From Candidatus Vogelbacteria bacterium (GTDB lineage: Bacteria > Patescibacteriota > Minisyncoccia > Phycocordibacterales > XYD1-FULL-46-19): a stretch of DNA of 64,000 bases. Below the pieces are notes generated by a model. The model saw only the letters and a program-made list of their open reading frames with translations. It made no database searches and was not told the DNA's origin. The stretch spans positions 37,129 through 101,128 of the forward strand of contig CAIPHT010000006.1 of assembly GCA_903864935.1 (NCBI GenBank), written 5' to 3'. Shown in pieces: positions 32,851 through 41,638 of this stretch (position 1 is its first letter; each line of letters starts with the position of its first letter). The position numbers and the translations under genes were made by a program.

Positions 32851-33372
32851 TTAGATAATATCTGTTTCTTTAACTTCAAAAAATTTCAGAAAAGGCGTAA
32901 TCTTCGCTACTTTCAAAAACTCAATAAATTCTGGGGGTAACGGGGCGGGGCCAAGCCAGACACTCTGTTGCATTTTTTTGAAACCGAGGGTTACCAATTC
33001 TATCCTCAACCAGTTTCTGTCTTTACGTCTCGCTTCGGGAATGTCAAAAGCTATAATAATCTTGCGGTCTGATTTTTTCTGTTTATTTTCTACTCTGGCA
33101 TATTTTTTAGAAAACTTACTTTTACCAAATTTATTCTTACCGAAAACTGTGATTTTCCAAAGACCATCTTTATTTTCAACCAAACCCTGCTTTTTCAGGC
33201 GAGACAGGGCAACCCTAAGAGAATTATCAAAAACTTTATCCTCCTTTATTTTAGAACCCTCCCCCAGATCATCAAAGCCAGGACCAACACGCCGAAGCAT
33301 CCGTTCTCTCAAACGGCTATAATTTCCGGGACTATTCGATAAGAAAAATAACAATTCTTCACCAATACTCAT
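32851..33372 (-). CDS. Short PaaX-like protein 2 (wHTH plus Cas2-like core), a paralogue of 4998-5561.
   Basis: RKIIIAFDIPEARRKDRNWLRIELVTLGFKKMQQSVWLGPAP gives the same pattern as the first copy. The N-terminal wHTH is LRVALSRLKKQGLVENKDGLWKIT. The start is moved to the ATG at 33372, because the ORF-track start at 33426 lies inside the flanking direct repeat. Confidence 0.45.
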   Translation of the reverse strand: MSIGEELLFFLSNSPGNYSRLRERMLRRVGPGFDDLGEGSKIKEDKVFDNSLRVALSRLKKQGLVENKDGLWKITVFGKNKFGKSKFSKKYARVENKQKKSDRKIIIAFDIPEARRKDRNWLRIELVTLGFKKMQQSVWLGPAPLPPEFIEFLKVAKITPFLKFFEVKETDII

Positions 33373-33402
33373 TTTTTTATTTATCACCATATTATCATAT
33401 TT

Positions 33403-33429
33403 GGACGGCCGTCCAAAAGTGTACATAAG
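33403..33429 (+). repeat. 27-bp direct repeat, right copy (ggacggccgtccaaaagtgtacataag).
   Basis: See 32808-32834. Confidence 0.65.
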
Positions 33430-33498
33430 ATAAATTAGACAGCTCTAGGCAAAACGAAGAGAAAAGAGTAACATTAAATCGGAAAGCAACTTCAACTC

Positions 33499-33741
33499 AT
33501 GGAGGACAGTGCGATGCAACAGGAATATCGTTGCGACCGTTGGCTCCACGGTATTGGAGTCTTCCTTGTTTTTGTCAGTTTGGCCTTGTTGGCCTGGTCA
33601 ATCAATGAGGAAAGTCTTGGGATTTTTGTCTCCTTTATTTTCTTTCTAATTGTCGGTTTTGCCCTAAGCTACGAACCCGGCAAGATAGAGGAGAAACTAA
33701 GGAAATTCCGAGATTGGCGAGAAAAAACTAATCGTGAATAA
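33499..33741 (+). CDS. Small hypothetical membrane protein (80 aa, two TM helices).
   Basis: Hydrophobic helices GIGVFLVFVSLALLAW and IFVSFIFFLIVGFAL. Terminator at 33742-33776. Confidence 0.35.
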   Translation: MEDSAMQQEYRCDRWLHGIGVFLVFVSLALLAWSINEESLGIFVSFIFFLIVGFALSYEPGKIEEKLRKFRDWREKTNRE

Positions 33742-33776
33742 CCCGCCCAGCAGAGCTGGGCGGGTTTCCTCTTTTT
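33742..33776 (+). terminator. Rho-independent terminator.
   Basis: CCCGCCCAGC-agag-GCTGGGCGGG followed by TTTCCTCTTTTT. Confidence 0.65.
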
Positions 33777-33795
33777 ATGCTATCATAAGGCAAAT

Positions 33796-35130
33796 ATGGA
33801 AAGCTGGATCAAAACTAGGAACAAAATTATTGGTTGGAATTATCGAAATATTCTCAAACCAATTCTCTTCAAATTCGATCCTGAAGATATCCACGACTTA
33901 TTTATTAAAGTAGGGAATCTCCTTGGCCAAACATCCGCCACTCGATATTTAACAAGAGTTCTTTTTGATTATGAGAACCCAGTGCTTGAACAAGAAATTT
34001 TGGGCATCAAATTTAAAAATCCAGTTGGCCTCTCGGCTGGCTTCGACAAGAATGCAAGACTAACAAAAATCTTACCAGCTGTTGGCTTTGGTTTTGCTGA
34101 AGCGGGTTCAGTCACTGGCCGACCCTGCAAGGGCAATGAGGGGCGACATTTATGGCGCTTGCCTAAGTCTAAGAGTTTGATTGTTTATTATGGTTTGACG
34201 AATGATGGGGCAGAGGCCATCGCCAGGCGATTGTTAGAAGTCCAACTTCAAGTGAGCCCGAAGTTGGACTTCGAACAAGAAGCCAAGGGTCCGGAAGTTG
34301 GACTTCGGGCTCACTTGAAGTCCAACTTCCTACACAAGTCCAACTTCGTTCTGGGCATCAGTCTCGCCAAAACAAACGACCAAAAAACCATCACGACCGA
34401 AGCGGGGACTGCTGATTATATTAAAGCCTATGAAGCCTTCCTCAAGACCGACGTTGGCGACTACTTCACCATCAACATCAGTTGCCCCAACACCTTTGGT
34501 GGCGAACCTTTTGTTGAACCAGAACGTCTTGATTTGTTACTCTCCGCTTTTGCTAAAATAAGAGACGAAGAATCTGCCCGAGGACTACCCTCGGTCAAAG
34601 CGAAAGAAGTCCAACTTCAAGTGAGCCCGAAGTTGGACTTCGTGAGCGTCAACCGTCCACTTTTTATAAAACTCCCACCAGACCTAAGTGAAGAAAAACT
34701 AGACGCCATTATTGAACTGGTCAAGAAATATAAAATCAATGGCTTCGTCTCGACAAATCTCACCAAGGACCGAAACAATCCACTAATTAAAGATAAAATA
34801 AAGGATCCTTTGCCCACAGACAAAGGGGGATTGTCAGGTAAGATTGTTGAGGAGCTCGCAACCAAGCAAATTGAATATATTTATAAAAAAATAAAAGATC
34901 TCCCTCAGACCGAGAGACCTATCATCATTGGTTGCGGAGGCATCTTCACAGCCCAAGACGCCTACAACAAAATCAAAGCTGGCGCCTCACTCCTCCAACT
35001 CATCACCGGGATGATTTTCGAAGGCCCTCAAGTCATTAGCGAGATCAATCAAGGCCTGGTCACCCTGCTCCAAAAAGATGGGTATAAAAATATAAGTGAG
35101 GCGGTAGGGAAGTCTACTTGCCAACCATAA
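33796..35130 (+). CDS. pyrD: Dihydroorotate dehydrogenase (class 2-like), carrying three in-frame palindromic-element insertions that add about 100 aa.
   Basis: GFDKNA, NISCPNT, GGLSG, IIGCGGI...DA..KI.AGASLLQL.TG. It is 444 aa, against about 340-360 for typical DHODH. The extra peptides EVQLQVSPKLDF (twice) and PEVGLRAHLKSNF are encoded by the repeats at 34237-34273, 34292-34330 and 34606-34642. Confidence 0.8.
   Translation: MESWIKTRNKIIGWNYRNILKPILFKFDPEDIHDLFIKVGNLLGQTSATRYLTRVLFDYENPVLEQEILGIKFKNPVGLSAGFDKNARLTKILPAVGFGFAEAGSVTGRPCKGNEGRHLWRLPKSKSLIVYYGLTNDGAEAIARRLLEVQLQVSPKLDFEQEAKGPEVGLRAHLKSNFLHKSNFVLGISLAKTNDQKTITTEAGTADYIKAYEAFLKTDVGDYFTINISCPNTFGGEPFVEPERLDLLLSAFAKIRDEESARGLPSVKAKEVQLQVSPKLDFVSVNRPLFIKLPPDLSEEKLDAIIELVKKYKINGFVSTNLTKDRNNPLIKDKIKDPLPTDKGGLSGKIVEELATKQIEYIYKKIKDLPQTERPIIIGCGGIFTAQDAYNKIKAGASLLQLITGMIFEGPQVISEINQGLVTLLQKDGYKNISEAVGKSTCQP
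34237..34273 (+). repeat. 37-bp palindromic element, short form (GAAGTCCAACTTC-aagtgagcccg-AAGTTGGACTTC-g), in frame in pyrD.
   Basis: Perfect 13-bp inverted arms. Translated as EVQLQVSPKLDF. Confidence 0.75.
34292..34348 (+). repeat. Inverse-orientation copy of the 37-bp element plus an adjacent half-element, in frame in pyrD.
   Basis: cggaagttggacttcgggctcacttgaagtccaacttcc, then aagtccaacttcg. Translated as PEVGLRAHLKSNF..HKSNF. Confidence 0.7.
34606..34642 (+). repeat. 37-bp palindromic element, second direct copy, in frame in pyrD.
   Basis: Identical to 34237-34273. Confidence 0.75.
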
Positions 35131-35154
35131 CCTTATTTTGTTAATATTATCGTT

Positions 35155-35526
35155 ATGGAGAACTTAGATCCAAAAAACACAAAAAAGGAAACCATAGCAA
35201 TGATAGAGAGATTGCCCGATGAAACCCTCTCACAATTGGCAATAGCCGGCTTCGTACATGTTACGGGTCTGGGAACTCAAATTTTGCGAGTAGAGGATGT
35301 TATCAAGGCTAATGAAAGGGATCTTGGACGTTGGAATACGTATAACGGTAAGACCGTCTTGGTAACCGTCGATGGCCAAGTCTGGCTTGGCAAAGGCCTT
35401 CTGTCCAACGAGCTGGTTGCCGAACTCTGCCCAAATGGTCAGGGAGCGAACATCCCCTGCTCTTATGGAGAGATGATCTATGTCGACAGACTCCTTGACC
35501 GCTTTGCTCACCCCTACGGCATATAG
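35155..35526 (+). CDS. Hypothetical protein.
   Basis: 123-aa ORF. No recognisable motif. Confidence 0.35.
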   Translation: MENLDPKNTKKETIAMIERLPDETLSQLAIAGFVHVTGLGTQILRVEDVIKANERDLGRWNTYNGKTVLVTVDGQVWLGKGLLSNELVAELCPNGQGANIPCSYGEMIYVDRLLDRFAHPYGI

Positions 35527-35666
35527 CCGGCCCCCATTACTCCCGCCCGTACGGCGGCAACGAATCCCGTTGCTAGCAGTACGTGGCGGGATTTTTTGTT
35601 TAAGAAAAGGAAGTTAGAAGTCGGATCTGGCTACGCGAGATACGACTTCAGAACTTCCTAACAAAA

Positions 35667-35733
35667 GAAGTCCAACTTCAAGTGCCTGCCCCTCGAAGCC
35701 TTGGCGAAGTGGGGAGCCCGAAGTTGGACTTCG
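35667..35733 (+). repeat. Full-length (about 67 bp) palindromic element: GAAGTCCAACTTC-aagtg-cctgCCCCTCGAAGCCttggCGAAGTGGGGag-cccg-AAGTTGGACTTC-g.
   Basis: The 37-bp form in pyrD equals this element minus the inner roughly 30 bp. Intergenic, between the 35155 gene and the convergent tyrS. Confidence 0.7.
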
Positions 35734-35747
35734 CGAGTGATTAGAAT

Positions 35748-36962
35748 TTATTTAAAAATAATTTTCTTGTAGGTTTTTTTACCAGTCCGAAGAAGAACAA
35801 AATCTCGCCCATCTTTAGTTATAGAAACAAGACTATTGGAAACAGGGACATCGTCAACATAAACTCCACCACCATCCACAAGCCGACGCGCCTGCGTTTT
35901 AGACATTGCCATTTGTGCCAACATCAATAAATCCGCAATATTAATACCAACTTCATTAATTTCTACTTCCAAACTCGGTATTGCCTCCGAATCAGCTCCA
36001 GCTCCAGAGAAAAGCTCAAGCGCCGCTTGTTTGGCCTTCTCCGCCTCAGCCTCGCCATGGATAAACTTAGTCACTTCATAAGCCAAAACTTCTTTGGCCT
36101 GCTTTATCTCCGCGCCTTCTAATTTTTCTAAATTGGCGATTTCTTCGAGGGAAAGGAAGGTAAAAATCTTCAAGAATTTACCCACATCACGGTCGTCAAC
36201 ATTAATCCAGTATTGATAAAAATCGAAGGGGGAGTATTTGCTCGCCTCAAGCCAGACAGCGCCCCCCACACTCTTGCCCATCTTCTTGCCATCGCTGGTC
36301 GTGATAAGGGGAATAGTGAAAGCATAAACTTCTTGCTCACGCTTGCGACGGATCAAATCCACACCGGCCAAGATATTGCCCCACTGATCGCTCCCTCCGA
36401 TCTGCAATTTGCAAGCAAACTCATCATGAAGATGAAGATAATCGACAGCCTGTAGCAAAAGATAATTAAACTCAAAAAAAGTTAGGCCTTGTTCACTCTC
36501 TAAGCGGTCACGATAGGTCTCATTCTTAATCATCTCGTTGACCTTAAAATAGGAGCCATATTCTTGCAAGAATCCAAGATAATTAACATCACGGAACCAA
36601 TCAAGATTATTCACAAACTCCACTTCATAACCTTTTAGAAGTTTGCGCACCTGAGCCGAGAGAGAAGCGTAATTGTGGTCTAAGGTCTCAGTGCTCATCA
36701 TCTGACGCATCTCAGTGCGACCAGAGGGATCTCCCACCATACCAGTGGCACCACCGACGAGACACACGGGCTTATGGCCAGCCGCGGCCAAACGGGCCAT
36801 GGTAATGATCAAAGCCAAACTCCCTACATGCAAACTGTCGGCGGTCGGATCAAACCCAGCATAAAAGGAAATTTTCTCTTTCCCCAAGACTTCACCAAGC
36901 TTGCCCTCGTGTGACTCTTGGGCGAGTAACCCACGCGCCTTTAATTCTTCGATAATATTCAT
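35748..36962 (-). CDS. tyrS: Tyrosyl-tRNA synthetase with a C-terminal S4 domain.
   Basis: HIGH-region GFDPTADSLHVGSL, KMSKS as KMGKS, and a C-terminal S4-like RRLVDGGGVYVDD. Confidence 0.9.
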   Translation of the reverse strand: MNIIEELKARGLLAQESHEGKLGEVLGKEKISFYAGFDPTADSLHVGSLALIITMARLAAAGHKPVCLVGGATGMVGDPSGRTEMRQMMSTETLDHNYASLSAQVRKLLKGYEVEFVNNLDWFRDVNYLGFLQEYGSYFKVNEMIKNETYRDRLESEQGLTFFEFNYLLLQAVDYLHLHDEFACKLQIGGSDQWGNILAGVDLIRRKREQEVYAFTIPLITTSDGKKMGKSVGGAVWLEASKYSPFDFYQYWINVDDRDVGKFLKIFTFLSLEEIANLEKLEGAEIKQAKEVLAYEVTKFIHGEAEAEKAKQAALELFSGAGADSEAIPSLEVEINEVGINIADLLMLAQMAMSKTQARRLVDGGGVYVDDVPVSNSLVSITKDGRDFVLLRTGKKTYKKIIFK

Positions 36963-36974
36963 AGTAACTCAATT

Positions 36975-37922
36975 CTAGCGATTTTTAAGGAATTTAACAA
37001 CAACCCGAGCCGCCTGCTCTAAGTGACTTTCGGACAACTGATCGACAGTATCGCCAGCACTATGATAAATCTCGTAAAGTTTCTTGAGATCAGCGCAAGC
37101 CACGAGAATCTTCTTCCGAAATTTCTTAATATTTTTTATCGGGAAACATTCGCTAACAAATTCTTCGTCGGTACTAAGTTTAGTCTCGCCATTACCCACG
37201 CAATCAATAACTAAAATTCTCTCGGCTTCCTTGAAGAGGCGCGGATGGCGCTTTTCTAAAATTCTGAAACCTCGGCCCCAATATTGTGGTCGGTCATAAG
37301 AAATTTCTTCATTACCGCTAAAAATAAACAAGCAATTTTCTAATAACTCCTGATGGTTAATAATTACTCCCATCATAGTAGACACACCCGAGGCATTGTC
37401 GGTCGCCCCGGTCTCGAGACAATCATAATGAGCAAAAACTAAATACTGGGGATTATTCTTATTCCCAACCAAGATATTCTTAGACAAGAAGCCTGTTCGC
37501 TCGACGTCAATCGAGCCCTCAATCTCTTCGCCTGACATTAATTGAACCAAATCTTTTTTATTTATCGCCAAAGAAGGGAAGTGATAATGTTGGGCCAAGG
37601 AGAGGTCGTCGGACTTAGGATTAAAATTAATATTCGCTCCACCCTCATAATCAAGCAGAGAATTTATGACCTTCGATTTCCTAGTAATCTTACCGTCAAC
37701 AAAAGAGGTCGGACGACAATCAATTTCTTTATCATCTACCACAAGACAGGTCTTAATATTCTTAGGATATGAGGTGTGGAATTTCTCAACAATAAAAGGT
37801 ATCCCTTGTTCCTTCAGATAAGCTTCGAGAAACTTCGCCGTCTTTTGTTCGTTCTTACCCAGTCGCGGAGAAAACTTTATTAATTCCTTAACAAAGTGGA
37901 GATAGAAGTCTTTGTTTGACAT
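36975..37922 (-). CDS. M28-family zinc peptidase-like protein.
   Basis: FAHYD...DNASGV matches the M28 metal-binding motifs (H.D ... D-N-A-S-G). 315 aa. Confidence 0.55.
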   Translation of the reverse strand: MSNKDFYLHFVKELIKFSPRLGKNEQKTAKFLEAYLKEQGIPFIVEKFHTSYPKNIKTCLVVDDKEIDCRPTSFVDGKITRKSKVINSLLDYEGGANINFNPKSDDLSLAQHYHFPSLAINKKDLVQLMSGEEIEGSIDVERTGFLSKNILVGNKNNPQYLVFAHYDCLETGATDNASGVSTMMGVIINHQELLENCLFIFSGNEEISYDRPQYWGRGFRILEKRHPRLFKEAERILVIDCVGNGETKLSTDEEFVSECFPIKNIKKFRKKILVACADLKKLYEIYHSAGDTVDQLSESHLEQAARVVVKFLKNR

Positions 37923-38043
37923 AATTACATTATAAGCTATCAGCTCATGGCGTAAACTTGACAGAAGAGGTGCTCTGTGCTATCATTAAGGCAGACATTG
38001 AAATAACAAGGTTCGAAAACAACAGGGAAAAGGAGGTCCAATC

Positions 38044-38529
38044 GTGGACATTCAGAAAGTTGCCGAACGTGTGGCCGGTTACTCGACCGCGACGGCCGTG
38101 TCGGTTGTCATTGACGACCTGCTGTGGCCGGTTGTGATGTTGTGGCAAGGGTCAGTATGGGGTGGGGTCATCATGTTTTTGATCGCTCTCCTGGCCAACC
38201 TCGTAATGATCTGGGCTTACGACAAGATCAAGAAGGACCTCTTCTGTTTCGAGGACCTCCGAGCCCTGGCCGAGAACGAGCAGGCCACCAGAGGGATGCG
38301 CCTCCTGGCTTGGTTTGTCCGAGCCGGCAAGGTGCCAGCCTTTCTGGCCATCTCGTTCTACGACCCCTTCATCTCCGTGCTTTACATGCGAAGGGGGGCG
38401 GGTAAGTACCAGATGGAGAATCGTGACTGGGGCTACTTCATGCTGGCGATGTTCATCGCCTGCACAGGGTGGACCGCTTGCTGGGGAGGAGCCATCCTCA
38501 CCGGCAAAACTATTTGGGGGCTGCTCTAA
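38044..38529 (+). CDS. Hypothetical membrane protein (GC-rich).
   Basis: 161 aa, four hydrophobic helices, about 58 % GC. Terminator at 38549-38582. Confidence 0.4.
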   Translation: MDIQKVAERVAGYSTATAVSVVIDDLLWPVVMLWQGSVWGGVIMFLIALLANLVMIWAYDKIKKDLFCFEDLRALAENEQATRGMRLLAWFVRAGKVPAFLAISFYDPFISVLYMRRGAGKYQMENRDWGYFMLAMFIACTGWTACWGGAILTGKTIWGLL

Positions 38530-38548
38530 GCCTCTCCGCGTACGTCAG

Positions 38549-38582
38549 GGCCGGCTCGAGCTTCTCGAGCCGGCCCTTTTAC
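38549..38582 (+). terminator. Rho-independent terminator.
   Basis: GGGCCGGCTCGAG-cttc-TCGAGCCGGCCC followed by TTTTACT. Confidence 0.65.
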
Positions 38583-38653
38583 TACCTGCTCGAAGCCTTA
38601 AACCAATTGAATACTTTTAACCGTAAGCATATAATAAAAATAGAGAAAATATC

Positions 38654-39832
38654 ATGACCATTGAAGATCTATATACTCCGCTAGAGGAGGCAAAGAAAGA
38701 AATACGTAGACGTTGGGCCGACAAAGATTTAGAAAAAAAAGTGGCCAAATTTTTAAAAGGGAATATTCCCGATGTTTTTTTGCATGAACCACTCGCTATC
38801 TCCACGACTCACGTCGCCACGCCCAATTGGGCGCTCTTAGAATTCAGAAAGGAGGCGCAAGAGATTGGTCTTAAACCATTAATTTTTGAATACCTAGAAG
38901 ATGCCTTTATCACCACCAACTTCGACAAGGCCTCACTCGCGCGAATGGTCTTCTATCACGGGCGTGATGATCATGGCGATATGATGACGACCAGTCGCCA
39001 TGTTATCGACCTTACTGGCAAAGAGGAGAAGAAGAAGATCAAAGACATCGAGACACTCTGGGGAAGCAACTTAGTTGAGTTTCATCATGGCGTCTTCATG
39101 TCTTATTGCCCGGGCGTCGACGTGACCGACGGCTCCAGTTTCTACAAGGCGATGGGCAATTGCGCCAAAGAATATTATCCTTATATCCTCGCTCTCTATA
39201 TTAGAAACGGTGTTCTCTTCGAGAATTATATTGCCAACCGACACGAACAAAAATTCCTCGACGAAATTCTCTTTCCCGCTTTTGAAATCGTCCAAAAAGA
39301 ATTCGGCCTCAAACCTCTGATTGTAACCATCGCGCCCCAGAATGAAGCCGATAATAAATATTGGTGGTGTTATCCCGAATTTATTAAAACTCTAATTCCT
39401 AAGAACAAAGAGGAGGAGGAACGAGAGACTGTCCACAATGTCAACAAAGCCAGTGGCCTAAGTGTCGAGGAGCTCAAGGAATTAATGAGCAAGTGGCAAG
39501 TTAAACTCAAGATGGAGGATTGGAATCTCTCGCTCGAGATTGTGAAATTCTATCGCAAAAATGGTTACCATCAGAGCGGCGACTTTATTGCTGATCCGCT
39601 TAAAAAAGAAGCGATTATCCTCCTCACTCACAATCCTTGGCGCGGCGATGAAGAATATACCTTGGTGCATGAGATGCTCCACGTTCTTCTCTATGATTAT
39701 GATAAATATAGCGAAGATTTAATTTTGAAAAATTTCCAAAAATCCAGCCTCGAACACGACGCCTATATGGAGAAACTAGAGGAGACCACTCACAACCTCA
39801 CAAGGATAATTCTGGGGAGGAGTGATAGATAA
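38654..39832 (+). CDS. Hypothetical protein with a C-terminal HExxH motif. Putative zinc metalloprotease-like.
   Basis: 392 aa. HEMLH near the C-terminus. No other recognisable family motifs. Confidence 0.4.
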   Translation: MTIEDLYTPLEEAKKEIRRRWADKDLEKKVAKFLKGNIPDVFLHEPLAISTTHVATPNWALLEFRKEAQEIGLKPLIFEYLEDAFITTNFDKASLARMVFYHGRDDHGDMMTTSRHVIDLTGKEEKKKIKDIETLWGSNLVEFHHGVFMSYCPGVDVTDGSSFYKAMGNCAKEYYPYILALYIRNGVLFENYIANRHEQKFLDEILFPAFEIVQKEFGLKPLIVTIAPQNEADNKYWWCYPEFIKTLIPKNKEEEERETVHNVNKASGLSVEELKELMSKWQVKLKMEDWNLSLEIVKFYRKNGYHQSGDFIADPLKKEAIILLTHNPWRGDEEYTLVHEMLHVLLYDYDKYSEDLILKNFQKSSLEHDAYMEKLEETTHNLTRIILGRSDR

Positions 39833-39876
39833 GGGAATTTTCTTTTGTCTAAAAGTTTTTATGCTATAATATCGAC

Positions 39877-40212
39877 ATGGACAAAAAGTCTAAAATTCTA
39901 CTCTTCATTGTGGGCTTGGGAATTCTCGCTTCAATTGGTGTTTCTTTTTATAAATACGTTGTCTTGCGCGATTATCAAATTTTCGCCGAGATGCCTTGCG
40001 ACCCGGCAATCGATAATTGTTTTGTTCGCACCGCCGAAGATAATTCAACCTCCACTTACAAATTACTTAGCCGTCAGGCTTCGAATATCCCGCTTTGTGA
40101 CCCAACAAATATTAATTGCCAAGCTCTCACTTGCCAGCCAAATGAGAAAAATTGCGTTATCACTACTTGCTCAGAGAAAGATCTCCCTGAGGGTGAGGCT
40201 TGTTCGAGATAG
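39877..40212 (+). CDS. Secreted or membrane-anchored Cys-rich small protein (10 Cys).
   Basis: N-terminal signal-anchor LLFIVGLGILASIGVSF and a Cys-rich C-terminal half. TATAAT lies 7 nt upstream of the ATG. Confidence 0.4.
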   Translation: MDKKSKILLFIVGLGILASIGVSFYKYVVLRDYQIFAEMPCDPAIDNCFVRTAEDNSTSTYKLLSRQASNIPLCDPTNINCQALTCQPNEKNCVITTCSEKDLPEGEACSR

Positions 40213-40330
40213 AGAAATTAAACTTTTGACTTTCTAAAAATCAAAAGGGGGTCGGACCGAAGTCCAACCCCCTTATTTGGGATAACTTTCCTGTTTGAGA
40301 GGAATCATGAGCTGTCCTCCGAGAGCGCGG

Positions 40331-41560
40331 CTAAATGCCTCGTTGGGCGCGGTAAGCCACAAAGGCCTCTTCTCCGTATGGGTCCGGTTTGGTAACATCA
40401 CCGCAAAAGATGTGTGATCGCGCCTGACAACCACGTAGGCCGTTCCGACGGAACTCGGTGAAGACCGGATGATTTCTCCATGTCTCGACAAAGTTTTCGT
40501 CGAAGAGGGGCAACTCGTCACCTTTGTAGTAACCAGAGAAAAGCAGTGACGGGCAGGGCAGCATCCGGCCGCCAGCGTCAATGACCACTCCCGACTGAGC
40601 CGCTCGGCATTCATTGCGGGGCGCTAATCCCAGAAGCTGAGAGATAATCGCCGAATTGGAGAGACCGACATCGTAGTTACCATCGACTCTCTTGTGAAAG
40701 AGGTCGACGATTGACTCGAAGAAGGCTTCCGGAGTTGGTGTCAACTCTTGATGGGCGGGTCGGAACGGCTTAAACAGGCTGAAGTTGCAAGGGATGCCGA
40801 TTCCGCGACCGTAGTCGAGGACGGCCTGATACCGGCCGATGTTAGTAGCCATCAGGGTGAAGATGAGCTCCACCCGGATTCCGGCCTCGACCATTTTCCG
40901 AATGGCCCAGTCTGCCTTGGCGAAAACTCCGGCACCGCGATTTGCGTCGTGGTCTCCGTTCAGCCCTTCCAGGCTGACAAACATCGCCAGATTTCTCATC
41001 GCTGCCAATTCCTGGATCATCTCTTCGTTCAGCAGTGTGCCGTTGGTGACAATGTTCACGGCAAACTCATGGTGAGCGCAAAGCCGGAGAATTGAACGAA
41101 TATCAGGGTGAACGAATGGCTCACCGCCGATAACGCTAACCTCGAACACTCCGGTTTTGGCCAGGATGTTGAGCGCCTTCTCGACTTCGGCGAAGGGCAT
41201 CTGATACCCGTAGCCGTCTTGCAGACAGTGTAGGCAGTGCAGATTGCACTTTCCGGTAATCCCGAGCTCCACACCCCAAGGGAAAGGAGTCTGGATCTGC
41301 GGCGTGACGTTGAAGACCTCCGGCGACAGCTCCACTTCTACGCTGAACAGGAAAGCTTTCGTGTCGGCCTTAACCTGTTCAAGTGGCAACTGATACTCCG
41401 TGGCCAATTCTTGAACAATCTGCTCAACGCCTTGTCCTTGGTTGAGCATCTTGTCCAGGATCATTCTTCCGGTTTGGTTCACTCCAATGACCCGCCGCGA
41501 ATCAATGAAGTAAGCCCAACTTTCCCCGTTCTTTCCGGGACTGAATCTTACTTTCGTCAT
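40331..41560 (-). CDS. Radical SAM / SPASM-domain peptide maturase with an N-terminal PqqD-like RRE domain. RiPP-modifying enzyme.
   Basis: CX3CX2C cluster GITGKCNLHCLHC, and Cys-rich C-terminal SPASM-like motifs (C-x17-C, GC-x7-C-G). N-terminal PqqD/RRE-like segment ...WAYFIDSRRVIGVNQTGRMILDKMLNQGQGVEQIVQELATEYQLPLEQVKADTKAFL. The start is placed at the ATG with SD aggaga 8 nt upstream; the ORF-track start is 41608. GC is about 55 %. Confidence 0.75.
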   Translation of the reverse strand: MTKVRFSPGKNGESWAYFIDSRRVIGVNQTGRMILDKMLNQGQGVEQIVQELATEYQLPLEQVKADTKAFLFSVEVELSPEVFNVTPQIQTPFPWGVELGITGKCNLHCLHCLQDGYGYQMPFAEVEKALNILAKTGVFEVSVIGGEPFVHPDIRSILRLCAHHEFAVNIVTNGTLLNEEMIQELAAMRNLAMFVSLEGLNGDHDANRGAGVFAKADWAIRKMVEAGIRVELIFTLMATNIGRYQAVLDYGRGIGIPCNFSLFKPFRPAHQELTPTPEAFFESIVDLFHKRVDGNYDVGLSNSAIISQLLGLAPRNECRAAQSGVVIDAGGRMLPCPSLLFSGYYKGDELPLFDENFVETWRNHPVFTEFRRNGLRGCQARSHIFCGDVTKPDPYGEEAFVAYRAQRGI

Positions 41561-41638
41561 GTTGGCTTCTCCTGTTGAAATGGGCGGTCCGAGAGGAGGG
41601 GATAACACGAGTTAATCCTCCTCCCGGACCACGAATCA

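Noticed and set aside
33796-35130. Inteins or frameshifts in pyrD to explain its extra length
   Set aside because: The extra segments are 12-13 codons each, exactly match a dispersed palindromic repeat, and keep the frame. That is far too short for inteins, and no frameshift is needed.
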